From: an uncultured Candidatus Binatia bacterium
GTDB lineage: Bacteria; Desulfobacterota; Binatia; UBA9968; JAJDTQ01
DNA length: 64,000 nt
Reading direction: 5' to 3'
Assembly: GCA_964291295.2 (NCBI GenBank)
Contig: OZ219754.1
Location: 2,336,001 to 2,400,000 of the forward strand
Shown: piece after piece, positions 8,369 to 19,200 of the stretch
How the letters are laid out: each line of letters begins with the position of its first letter
Position numbering within the stretch: position 1 is the first letter of the stretch
The notes under the pieces: generated by a model
Databases searched by the model: none
The model's input: the letters and a program-made list of their open reading frames with translations, nothing else
What the model was told of the DNA's origin: nothing
Translations under genes and position numbers: made by a program

Positions 8369-10111
8369 ATGAGCAGGGACGTGCCCATGAGCAGGGACGT
8401 CATCGATCCGGTCACCCTGGAGGTGATCTGGAACCGCCTCCTGTCGGTGGCCAACGAGCAGCAGGACGCGCTCATGCGCACGGCCTTCAGCACCATCGTG
8501 CGGGAGAGCCAGGATCTGGCCTGCGGCCTTTTCGACACCCGCGGCCGCATGGTGGCCCAGTCGGTCAGCGGCACGCCGGGCCACATCAACGCCATGGCCA
8601 CGTCCATGGGGCACTTCCTGCGAGAGTTCCCCGCCGGCAGGCTGGCACCCGGCGACGTGCTCATTACCAACGACCCGTGGCAGACCGCCGGCCACGTCAA
8701 CGACATTACCATCACCACACCCATCTTCCGGAAAGGCCGCCTGACGGCGTTCTTCGCCAACACCTGTCACGCGGCGGACATCGGCGGACGCATCCTCTCC
8801 GCCGAGGCCCGGGAGGTTTACGAGGAAGGGCTGCGGATTCCCATCATGAAGCTGTTCGCCGCGGGCGAGCCCGACCCGATCCTGCTCAAGATGGTCCGCG
8901 CCAACGTCCGGCTTCCCCACGAAGTCGTGAGCGACTTCTACGCCCAGGCCGCCTGCAACGACGCCGGCGGCCGGGCGCTTGTGGAGACCATGGACGAATT
9001 CGGGCTGGCCAGCTTCGATCCGGTGGCGGAGGAGATCATCGGCCGCTCGGAAAAGGCGGTGCGAGCCGCCATCGCCGAACTCGAGGACGGCGCGTGGGAA
9101 GGGGAGACCTGGAGCGACGGCTTCGAGGAGCCGATCCTCATCAAGACCAGGCTGGAGGTGCGCGGCGACGAGATCTTCATCGACTTCGCCGGTTCCTCTT
9201 CCCAGAGCCGCCGGGGCATCAACGTGGTGATGAACTACACCCACGCATACGCCAGCTTCGCCGCCAAGGCGGCCATCTATCCCGACGTGCCCCACAACGA
9301 GGGGAGTTTCCGGCCGGTGCACGTGATCGCCCCCGAGGGCAGCATCCTGAACGCCAACGAGCCGGCGCCGGTGGCGGCGCGTCAGACGGTGGGCCACTTC
9401 GTCCCCACGGCGGTTTTCACGGCCCTGGCCAAGGCGCTTCCGGGCAGGCTCATGGCCCCGGGCGCGGACCCCATCTGGCTCAGCGTGTGGCGCGGCCAGG
9501 ATCCGGCGTTCAATCTCACGGTCTTCCAGGTCGGCGGCACCGGCGCCCGCCCCACCAAGGACGGGCTCAGTGCGGTGGGCTTCCCCAGCGGCGTGGCGGG
9601 CGTGCCCGCGGAGGTCATCGAGAGTCTGTCGCCGCTGGTCATGCGCCGGCGCGAGTTGCGCGTGGATTCCGGCGGCGCCGGCACCTGGCGCGGCGGCCTG
9701 GGACAGTTCACCGAGTTCGCCAACCGCGCCCGCGGCCCATGGAGCGTCAACGGCATCCTCGACCGCACCCGTCATGCCGCCCCCGGCATCATGGGCGGCG
9801 GTGCCGGGCTCCCCGGCGAGTTCATCCTCGACGGCGGCGAACGCCCCAACCCCAAGGCGCAGACCCATCTGGACGGATCCCGGAGCGTGCACCTCCATCA
9901 ACCCGGCGGCGGCGGTTACGGCGAACCCTTCAAGCGCGATCCCGAGCATGTGCGCGCCGACGTGGTCCATGGCTACATCACCCCGGAGAAGGCGGCGCGG
10001 GACTATGGCGTGGTGGTGCGTTTCACCGGCGGTGTCGGCGAGTGGGTGCGGCTGCCGGAGCAGTGGGTGATCGACGAGGCCGCCACCCGGGAGTTGCGGG
10101 GAGTTTCATGA
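8369..10111 (+). CDS. Hydantoinase B/oxoprolinase family subunit
   Basis: DPVTLEVIWNRL, RTAFSTIVRE, NDPW..AGHVND, HAADIGG, EEGLRIP, DSGGAG..RGGLG, GGGGYGEP..RDP. Start is 8369 or 8387 because of an 18-bp duplication. Confidence 0.93.
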   Translation: MSRDVPMSRDVIDPVTLEVIWNRLLSVANEQQDALMRTAFSTIVRESQDLACGLFDTRGRMVAQSVSGTPGHINAMATSMGHFLREFPAGRLAPGDVLITNDPWQTAGHVNDITITTPIFRKGRLTAFFANTCHAADIGGRILSAEAREVYEEGLRIPIMKLFAAGEPDPILLKMVRANVRLPHEVVSDFYAQAACNDAGGRALVETMDEFGLASFDPVAEEIIGRSEKAVRAAIAELEDGAWEGETWSDGFEEPILIKTRLEVRGDEIFIDFAGSSSQSRRGINVVMNYTHAYASFAAKAAIYPDVPHNEGSFRPVHVIAPEGSILNANEPAPVAARQTVGHFVPTAVFTALAKALPGRLMAPGADPIWLSVWRGQDPAFNLTVFQVGGTGARPTKDGLSAVGFPSGVAGVPAEVIESLSPLVMRRRELRVDSGGAGTWRGGLGQFTEFANRARGPWSVNGILDRTRHAAPGIMGGGAGLPGEFILDGGERPNPKAQTHLDGSRSVHLHQPGGGGYGEPFKRDPEHVRADVVHGYITPEKAARDYGVVVRFTGGVGEWVRLPEQWVIDEAATRELRGVS

Positions 10112-10875
10112 CTCTCTCCCAACGCATCGCCCTCGTCACCGGGGCCGCCACCGGCATCGGCCGCGCCACGGTCCTGGGCCTGGCCCGGGCCGGAGCGGCG
10201 GCAGTCGCCGTCAACTATCGGTCGGCCCGCGGCAAGGCGGAGGCGCTGGCGGCGGAAGTGCGGGAACTGGGCGCGGAGGCCCTTTGCGTGCACGGCGACG
10301 TGAGGGATGATGCGCACGTCCGCGGCATGGTCCGGCAGACGGTGGAACGGTTCGGACGTCTGGACGTCCTGGTCAACAATGCCGGCGTCACCCGCTGGGT
10401 GCCCATCACCGACATGGATGCGTTGACGGACGAGGTCTGGGACGTGACCCTGGACGTCAACGTCAAGGGCGCGTACCGCTGTGCCCGGGCGGCGGCGGCG
10501 CATCTGAAGGCCACGGGGGGCATGATCGTCAACGTCTCCTCGATCTCCGGCGTCATCGCCCCTGCCACCATGTCGTCTCTCGCCTACGGCACCGCCAAGG
10601 CCGGGCTCATCTATCTGACCCGGGGACTCGCCGTGGCCCTGGGCCCCGAAGTCCGGGTGAACGCCGTGGCGCCGGCGTTCACCGACACCCCGTGGATGCG
10701 CGGCCACTACGGCGAGGACTATGAGGACGTCATCCGGCGCGCCTCCGCCAACTACCCGTTGAAGCGGGTGGCCAGGCCGGAAGAGGTGGCGGGCGCCATC
10801 ATGGGCCTGATCACGGGCGGGGATTTCGTTACCGGCCAGACCCTGCTGGTGGACGGCGGCCTGAGCCTGGCCTAG
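10108..10875 (+). CDS. Classical SDR family NAD(P)-dependent oxidoreductase
   Basis: ATG overlaps the upstream stop (ATGA); TGAATGIG, NNAG, SS...YGTAK, VRVNAVAP, TGQTLLVDGG. Confidence 0.92.
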   Translation: MTLSQRIALVTGAATGIGRATVLGLARAGAAAVAVNYRSARGKAEALAAEVRELGAEALCVHGDVRDDAHVRGMVRQTVERFGRLDVLVNNAGVTRWVPITDMDALTDEVWDVTLDVNVKGAYRCARAAAAHLKATGGMIVNVSSISGVIAPATMSSLAYGTAKAGLIYLTRGLAVALGPEVRVNAVAPAFTDTPWMRGHYGEDYEDVIRRASANYPLKRVARPEEVAGAIMGLITGGDFVTGQTLLVDGGLSLA

Positions 10876-10956
10876 CAGCCCGCGCCGCGGAGAATTTTCA
10901 CGGAACGGAGATCCACCACAGTGCCAGCGGGTGTGCAACCGGCCAAGAGAGACACG

Positions 10957-11625
10957 ATGAACCGGACGGAACTGATGACCGCCATGCAGGCGCATCGCCT
11001 GGTGGCCGTGATTCGTTCCAGAACCGCCGAAGAGGCGCTGGCCACGGCGCGGGCCGTGGGCGAGGCGGGCGTTCGCTTCGTGGAGGTCACCTTCAGCGTG
11101 CCGGGCGCCGTGGATGTGATGCGCGCGCTGTCCGACGAGGGGCAGGTGCATGTGGGCGCGGGCACGGTGCTGTCCGAGGGGCAGGCGCGCGCCGCCATCG
11201 AAGCGGGTGCGCGGTTCATCGTCTCGCCCAGCCTGGAACTGGAGTTGGTGCCGCTCTGCCGCGAGGCCGGAGTGGCGTCCATCCCCGCGGGCGCGACCCC
11301 CACCGAAGTGGTTCGGGCGATCCGTGCCGGCGCGGACCTGGTGAAGATCTTTCCGGCGGACTGCGTGGGCGGGCCGCGCTTCATTCGGCAGCTGCGGGGA
11401 CCCTTCCCCGAGGCCCGCTTCATGGTCTCGGGCGGCGTCCACGAGGACAACGTGTCGGAGTACGCGGCGCTGGGCGTCACCGGCATCGTGCTGGGCAGCG
11501 CCTTTCTGGCCGAAGTGCTGGCGCGGGAAGGTCACGGCGGCCTGGTGGCCCGGGCCGGGGAGTTCGTGGGACGGGTGAACGCGGCGCTGGCGTCGGCGCG
11601 CCCCTCTCCGGAACCTGCTTCCTGA
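10957..11625 (+). CDS. KDPG/KHG aldolase family protein (Eda-like)
   Basis: VAVIR, VEVTF, GAGTV, FIVSP, TPTE, Schiff-base lysine in VKIFPA, SGGV. Confidence 0.88.
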   Translation: MNRTELMTAMQAHRLVAVIRSRTAEEALATARAVGEAGVRFVEVTFSVPGAVDVMRALSDEGQVHVGAGTVLSEGQARAAIEAGARFIVSPSLELELVPLCREAGVASIPAGATPTEVVRAIRAGADLVKIFPADCVGGPRFIRQLRGPFPEARFMVSGGVHEDNVSEYAALGVTGIVLGSAFLAEVLAREGHGGLVARAGEFVGRVNAALASARPSPEPAS

Positions 11626-11670
11626 GAGGATGACATAGGATGACGCCCGGGCTGTACGGCAGGGAGAACC

Positions 11671-12660
11671 ATGGCAAACATCGAACTGACGCTGGCATGC
11701 GAGGACTACGACCGCACCCGGGCCCTCAAGGACGGGCGGGTGAAGCCCGCGGGCATCGATCTCCGCTACGTGACCTTGCCGGTGGAGGAGATCTTCTGGC
11801 GCATGCTCCGCTTCCAGGAGTTCGATGCCGCCGAAATGTCCATGGGGGCGTACCACGTGGACGCCTCCCGGGGCCATCGGCCGTTCATCGCCATCCCGGT
11901 GTTCCCTTCCCGCATGTTCCGGCACCGCTGCATTTTCGTCAACACCGCTTCGGGGATCCGAACGCCCGAGGATCTCAAGGGCCGGCGCGTGGGCGTACCC
12001 GAATACACCATGACCGCGTCCGTGTGGGTGCGGGGCATGCTGCAGCACGATTTCGGTGTGGCGGCCCGGGATGTCCACTGGGTCCAGGGCGGCGTCGAGC
12101 AGCCCGGACGCAGGGACCGCGTGCCGTTCGACGCCCCCGAAGGGGTCGAGATCGATACCGAGGAGGCCCGGACCCTCGACGACATGCTCGAGAAGGGCGA
12201 CATCGACGCGCTGGTGTCGGCGCGCATGCCTGGCTGTTTCGTGCGGCGGGTTTCCGGCATCGCCCGGCTGTTCGAGGATTGCCGCGCGGCCGAAATGGAC
12301 TACTTCCGCCGCACCGGTCTGTTCCCCATCATGCACTGCGTGGTGGTGCGCCGGGATATCTACGAGGCCCATCCCTGGGTGACCCAGAACCTTTACAAGG
12401 CGTTCTGTGAGGCCAAGGAACTGTGCGTGTCGCAGATCTACGACACCAACGTGCTGCGCACGCACCATCTCTGGTACCTGTTCGAGTACGAGGACACCGT
12501 GGATCTCATGGGCGAGGACTACTGGCCCTACGGTTTCGAGAGCAACCGCAAGACCCTGGAGACCTTCCATTCCTATCTGTTGGAGCAGGAGGTGATCAGG
12601 AATCCCGTGGACCTGGAAAGCCTGTACGCGCCCAACACCCGTGATGCCTTCAAGATCTGA
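11671..12660 (+). CDS. 4,5-dihydroxyphthalate decarboxylase-like / PBP2-fold substrate-binding protein
   Basis: LTLACEDYDRT, EIFWRM, IPVFPSRMFRH, GVPEYTMTASVW.RG, FPIMH, DYWPYG..NR; GGAG RBS. Confidence 0.8.
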   Translation: MANIELTLACEDYDRTRALKDGRVKPAGIDLRYVTLPVEEIFWRMLRFQEFDAAEMSMGAYHVDASRGHRPFIAIPVFPSRMFRHRCIFVNTASGIRTPEDLKGRRVGVPEYTMTASVWVRGMLQHDFGVAARDVHWVQGGVEQPGRRDRVPFDAPEGVEIDTEEARTLDDMLEKGDIDALVSARMPGCFVRRVSGIARLFEDCRAAEMDYFRRTGLFPIMHCVVVRRDIYEAHPWVTQNLYKAFCEAKELCVSQIYDTNVLRTHHLWYLFEYEDTVDLMGEDYWPYGFESNRKTLETFHSYLLEQEVIRNPVDLESLYAPNTRDAFKI

Positions 12661-13034
12661 GCGCGGAGTGTTGCGTCGCTACCGACATCCTGGATCACCT
12701 GTCGCAGGCGCAGGTTGTCCGTGCCGGCAGGCTTCATTCCACATGGGCAGGCAACACCATCTTGGAGAGGCCTCGAGAAACCCTTTGTTCGCCAGGTGAC
12801 AGGTGCGGCGGAGAGTCATGGCAATCACGAGAGTCACTCATGGCCGGTCGGTGTGGTTGGCGCCTTTTGCATCGGGAAGCTTGGCAAGACGAACTGAATC
12901 GCGAGGGACTCGCCAATGCCGTGGCGATGCATGGACCCGGCGGGGCTTGCAATCCGGTTGCGATATCGGTAGACAGTTTCCGTTTTCGGGTAATCATGCG
13001 CGTTCGAGCGAGGGCTGGACGCAGTTCAAAACGC

Positions 13035-13084
13035 GGTTCAGATTCGGTTCAGGCAACCGGCTCAGGTAACCACTCAGGTAACCA
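13035..13084 (+). repeat. Short direct repeats upstream of the adhesin (CTCAGGTAACCA x2, plus degenerate TTCAGGCAACCG and GGTTCAG x2)
   Basis: Seen directly; the last copy ends 1 nt before ATG 13086. Confidence 0.75.
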
Positions 13085-13144
13085 AATGGACGACAAAAGG
13101 CCTGACAAGTTTATGGCTGTTCGGCCAGGATTCTCGAACCCTGT

Positions 13145-13165
13145 CCCCCCCCCCCCCCCCCCCCC
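13145..13165 (+). repeat. C21 homopolymer, candidate slipped-strand phase-variation tract
   Basis: 21 consecutive C between ATG 13086/13113 and ATG 13243; the adhesin frame is open from the tract to 13243. Confidence 0.9.
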
Positions 13166-13242
13166 GATATTTTGGACAGGCGGCGGCCGGACGTCGTGTC
13201 CGCGGAGAATCGCGTCCGCAGAAACCCGTCGCGGGTGAGCCG

Positions 13243-16200
13243 ATGACCGCGCCAGCGCCAGCAGTCCATGGTGGGCGTGAACGTCGCGCCGGGAGCGGCA
13301 AGGCGATGCAGCCAGGCAGGGTGGCGGCCGATCACTTGGCTGCCAGTGCTAGTAGCCCCGGACCGCTCGGGCGGCTGGCGGCGGCAACGTTCCGCCGCCT
13401 GCGGCCGCTTTCTTCCCGCTGCCGCGCGGGCAGCGCCGCCTTCCGCCCGCCGGCGCTGGCCGCCGTTCTCCTGTTCGCGCTGAGCGCGGGCCTTGCGCCC
13501 CAGGCGGCGCATGCCACGTGGGGGGTCTTGACGGCCACCCCGGGCGATGGGCAGGTTACGCTGAACTGGACCTGGACGCACTCACGACCTAACACCAGCT
13601 GGTGGTGGTTCAGGTATGTAAGAGCTGGCCAACCTTATCACGAGTATAACGTCGTTCGTGGGATCGGCTCCATTTACGACTCAAAGTACAACCTGATTGG
13701 GGCTCATCATCGCACCCAGACGATTACCGGACTCACCAATGGGGTCGAGTACGTGTTTGAGGTACACGCCCATATTCCTAATACGGCTTTGGAGGTGAGG
13801 GCGACCCCGTCGCGCTATCCCATTGCCCCGAAGGGCGTCACCGCGACGCCGGGAACCAGCCAGGTCACCTTGTCCTGGGACGCTCATAACGACTCGCGCG
13901 TCACGCGCTGGGAGTACGAGCAGACCAGCGGGGGCACAACCGGGAACTGGAAGAAGATCTCCGCGAGCAATGCCTCAACCACCAGCCACACGGTGACGGG
14001 TCTGACCAACGGCACGCGGTACGGCTTCAGGGTCCGCGCGGCAAGCGATGGTCTCGGCGCCCCGTCGGCCTCCGTGTTCGCAACGCCACGGCCCGCTCCC
14101 TGCGCTTTGAGAATTGCCAGTGTCAGTGGGCCGGGTCCGACGGTCGCGTTCCGTTGGGGGCCCACCAAGGCAAATTGCGGCGACATCAGCCGGACGCAGG
14201 TTCAGAAGAAACTCGCCAGCAGCCCGGACTGGAGCGGGAGTGTCTGGGAAACCCTGTCCACGAATTTCTATCGAAACTCCGGTGTCGCATTTACCGTGGA
14301 CGACACCTTGCGGGTGAGTCTTGCCGAGGGCAACAGCTACCATGTGCGCGTCCGCGCGGTCAACGAAGGCCTCACCGTCACGTCCGAGGAAGGCGTCGCC
14401 GGCCCGCCGTCCTCGGAAACTCTTCTGTGGCTCGGTCCTCCAGGGTCTCCAACCGGGCTGAAAGCCGCGCCCTTTCAGGCTGCGATCCAGCTCACCTGGA
14501 ACCAGCAGGCGTCAGGACAGAAGGTGACCGGATGGGATGTTCGGAGGAAGGAGGGCGCCGGCAGTTACGGCGAATGGGGCCGTATTACGGGTTCCGGCGC
14601 GAACACCGTCCTCCATTCGGCGAGCGGGCTGACGTCCGGGGTCGACTACACGTTTCAGATTCGGGCGGTGAACGCCGCCGGCGACGGTCGGGCTTCCGAA
14701 GAAGTGACCGAAACGCCGACCGGCGTGACGATCTCCCAACCCGCGCTGACGGTAGAAGAAGGTAGCAGCAGCACCTATACGGTGGTGCTTGATGCCGAGC
14801 CGTCGGCCGACGTCACGGTGACCGTGGGCGGCGCTGCGGCCGGCGTGTCGGTGAATCCGCCGTCGCTGGTCTTCTCGCTGCTGAACTGGAACCAGCCGCA
14901 GACGGTCACGGTCTCCGCGGCCGAGGACGACAACGCGGTTTCCGAACCGGTGACACTGACCCACAGCGCCAGCGGCGGAGGCCTGGACTCGGTGCCCATC
15001 CGCGCGGTCGTGGTGACCGTGACGGAGAACGAAACGGCCGGATTCGCCCTGTCGGAGTCCGATCTGGAGCTGGAGGAGGGCGAGTCCGGCTCCTGGACGG
15101 TGGCGCTGACCTCCGAGCCGACCGCCGATGTGACGGTCACCATCAGCGGCGCCCCGAGCGGCGTGACGGTGACTCCGCCCACGCTGACGTTCACGGCCGC
15201 GGACTGGCAGACGCCGCAGATGGTGACGGTCGCGACGGTCGACGATGAAGACGCGGCGCCGTTGCCCGCGGTGACGCTGACCCACAGCGCGTCCGGCGGC
15301 GACTACGGCTCGCTCACCGCCTCGGTTGCGTTGACCGTGACCGAGAACGAGACGGCTGGGCTGACGTTCTCGGATGGCGACAAGGAGATCAGCCAGCTGG
15401 AGGTCATCGAGGACGGGTCGGGCAACTACATGGTGGCGCTGACGTCCGAGCCGACCGCCGATGTGACGGTGACCATCACGCCGGGGCCGGGCGACGTGAC
15501 GGTGCAGTCGGGGTCGCTGACCTTCACTGCCCTCAACTGGAGCGCCGCGCAGCAGGTGGTTGTCCTCGCGGCCGAGGACGACGACGCGAAGACGGATCCT
15601 GCGGTGACACTGACCCACAGTGCGTCCGGCGGCGATTACGGCTCGGTGACCGGCGCGCTCACGGTGGCCGTGCTGGAACATGATCCGCCCGGGAAGCCCG
15701 TGAACTTCAGCGCGACGGCGGGCGACAGCCAGGTGACGCTGTCCTGGAACGATCCGCAGAATCCCGACATCAGCGGCTGGGAGTTCCAGCAGGCCGTGCG
15801 CGGCGCCAGCTTCGGCGCGTGGACGCCCATCCCCGATTCCGGCGCCGCGACCACCAGCCACACGGTCACGGGTCTGACCAACGGCGTCTTCTACAGTTTC
15901 AAGCTCCGCGCCGTCGCCCAGCTCCGGGAGTCCCTCAGGGGGGAGAAGGAAGACGCCGAGGGCGTCAGCTCCGACGAGATCAGCGCGCTGCCGCGCCGGG
16001 TGGGCAAGAACGTCACCCTGTTCGTCTCCGACGCACAAATTGAAGAAGGACAGGCCGGCACGACACCTGTCCTGATCCGTCTCGTTCTCGGTGAGCCGGC
16101 GCCCGCTGGCGGGCTCGGCCTCGCCTTCGAGGTCGATGGAACCTCGACGGCAACGGCGAGCGCGCCGGTCGCGACCAGTTGCTCGGCGCCGAACCCGATG

Positions 16201-19200
16201 GATGCGGACATGTGCTGGCCGCGGGGCGCCCGTGTTCTTGTGCCCGCAGCCCAGGACGTTGCCGTGCATCAAGTCGCTGTCCGAGGCGACCGGGCGATCG
16301 AGCCGAACGAGACCCTCGTGCTGAATGTCGTGCCCGCCATCGATGGCTGGACCGGGGACTCGGCCACCATCACCATCGTCGACGACGAGGTGGCGCCCGC
16401 CGCGCCGACGGGCCTCGCCGCCGCGCCGCGCAACGGACAGGCGCTCCTCACCTGGGACGACCTGGGGAATCCCGGCATCACGCGCTGGGAGTTCCAGCAG
16501 AAGGAAGGCTCGGGCGGCAGCTACGGCGGCTGGATGGCCATCCCGGGTTCCGATGCCGCCACCACCAGCCACACGGTGACGGGCCTGACCAACGGCACGG
16601 AGTACGGCTTCAAGGTGCGCGCGGTGAGCCCGCGCGGCAACGGCGCCGAATCGGCCGAGGCGACGGTGACGCCGGGAGCGGTTCCCGCCGCGCCCACTGG
16701 CTTCAGGGCGACCCCAAGCGACGCGCAGCTAGAGCTGTTCTGGGATGCTGCCCCAGACAACTCCGGCATCCTTCGTTGGGAAGTGCGGTTCAGGAAGGAC
16801 AGTGAGGACTACCAACAACCGTGGGCGCCGATCCCGGGCGGCGCCGCAACAACGGAATTGGGGCCGCTCACCGCCGAAAACGGCGTCGTTTACACCTACC
16901 AGTTGCGCGCAGTGAATGCCGCCGGCCCCGGGGAGGCCGCCGAACTGACCGTGAAGCCTCTCCCTCCCTTGCCTAGGAAGCCGGCGGCGCTGAAAGCGAC
17001 CGCTGGCAACGCGCAGGTGGCTCTCGCCTGGGATCATCCCCTTCTCCCCCCTCCGAATGATCTACGCAAGTACGAACTCCAGCGCAAGCAAGGCGCCAGC
17101 GGCAGCTATGGCGCCTGGACGCGGGTCGACATCGTTCGGGAAGATCTGGGACGCCTTCGGTACGAGGCGCGCCATGTGGTCACGGGCCTGACCAACGGCG
17201 CGACCTACAGCTTCAGGGTGCGCGAGTTGAATGAGGCCGGCGCCGGCCCCGCGTCGGACGAGGTGACGGTGACGCTGCCGGCCGTCGTGCCCGCTGAACC
17301 GACCGGAGTCCGCGCCATCGCCAGCAACCGTCAGGTGCTGCTGCGCTGGGACGACCCGAACAACCCCGGCATCACCCGCTGGGATTTCCAGGGGAAGGAA
17401 GGCGCCAGCGTCAGCTACGGCCCCTGGGCGCCCATCCCCGGTTCCGACGCCTCCACCACCAGCCACATGGTCACCGGTCTGACCAACGACACCGTCTACG
17501 CCTTCAAGGTGCGCGCGGTGAACGCGACCGGCAACGGCGCCGAGTCTTCCGAGGTCACGGCGACGCCGGTCGCCGTGCCGGCGCCGCCGTCGGGCTTCCG
17601 GGCGACGCCGGACCACCGCAGCGTGATCCTGACCTGGGACGACCCGAAGGACAGCAGCATCACGCGCTGGCAGGTCCGGTTCTTGCCGGAGACAGAGGAG
17701 TTCCAGGATGCGAACTCGAACTGGCTGGACATCCGCGGTTCCGGCGCGACCACCACGCGGCACGAAGTAGGGCGCTTGCCGTCTGGCCAGATCCACCGCT
17801 TCCAGGTGCGTGCTGTCAGCAATGCCGGCGTCGGGCCCGCGTCGGACGAGGCGCTCGCCGGCCCGACGGATCCCGGCGTGACCGTCTCGACCTCCAGCCT
17901 GACCGTGGAGGAGGGCGGCAGCGGCGAGTACACGGTGAAACTGAACACCTCGCCCCTGGGCCGCCAGGTGGTGATCGCCGTGGCCGGCGCGTCCGGCGAG
18001 CTGAGCGCGGCGCCGGCGACCCTCACCTTCACCGGCACGAACTGGATGGAAGCGCAGACGGTCACGGTGACCCTGGCCGAGGACGGCGACGCGCAGACCG
18101 ATGCCGCGCAGACCCTGACCCACAGCGCCCGGGGCGGCGGCTACGACCATGTGGACATCGCCTCGGTGGTGGTGACGCTGGCGGAGAACGACCCGCCCCT
18201 GAAACCGGCGAACTTGCGCGCCATCGCAGGCAATGGCCAGGTCATGCTGCGCTGGGACGACCCGGAGAATCCCGACATCACCGGCTGGGAGTTCGCGCAG
18301 AAGACGGGCGACGGCAGTTACGGCAGCTTCACGGCCATTTCCGGTTCCGACGCTGAGACCACCAGCCACACGGTGACGGGGCTGACGGACGGCACGCGGT
18401 ACGGCTTCAAGGTCCGCGCCGTGAGCGCCGTCGGCAACGGCGCCGAGTCGGACGAGGCGACCGCGACCGCGGGGCGGCCGAGTCTGGGCGTGGCGGACGT
18501 GACGGCGGCCGAGGACGGCACGTTCACCTTCACGGTGACGCTGGATCCGGCGGCGCCGGCGGACGTGACCTTCAAGTACGCAGTGACCGCGGAGAACGAC
18601 GACACGGCGACGGCGGACACGGACTTCACCGAGGTGGCGGCGACCGCGGCCACCATTTCGGCGGGCGACACCACCTTCACGTTCACGGTGACGGTGGCCG
18701 ACGACAAGCTCGACGAGGACGACGAGACCTTCACCGTGACGCTGTCGGAGCCGTCCGCCAACGCCCAGCTCGGCGACGCCGCGGCGACCGGCACGATCAC
18801 CGACAACGACGCCTCGCCGGTGCTGGCCGATATCGACAACCTCACGCTCAGGCTCGGCCGGACCGTGGACATCACCGCCACGGCGACGGACGCCGACGCC
18901 GGCGACACGATCACCTACGCCTGGACGCGCAAGGCCGGCGAGACCACGCCGCCGCTGCCGGGCAGCCCGGACCTGGGCCAGGCCCGGCTCAGCTTCACCC
19001 CGACCGAGGCCGGCGTCTACACGATGACGGTGACGGCGAGCGACGGCGACAGCAACGGCAACAAGCACGGCAACACGGACACCGGGGAAGTGGTCATCAC
19101 CGTGGTCGGCAAGGCCGCGGTGTCCGTGCCGGCGGCGCTGTCCGTCACCGAGGGCACGGACACGAACGCCACGGTGACGGTGACCACCGAGGAGGCGTTC

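Noticed and set aside
6005-12570. Minus-strand ORFs 6005-9970 and 10003-12570, and the long + ORF start at 8677
   Set aside because: Shadows of the hydantoinase operon; only 10108-10875 of the + ORF is a real SDR.
12661-13030. Possible riboswitch, ncRNA or RfaH ops element in the long adhesin leader
   Set aside because: No recognisable consensus by eye; an Infernal/Rfam scan would be needed.
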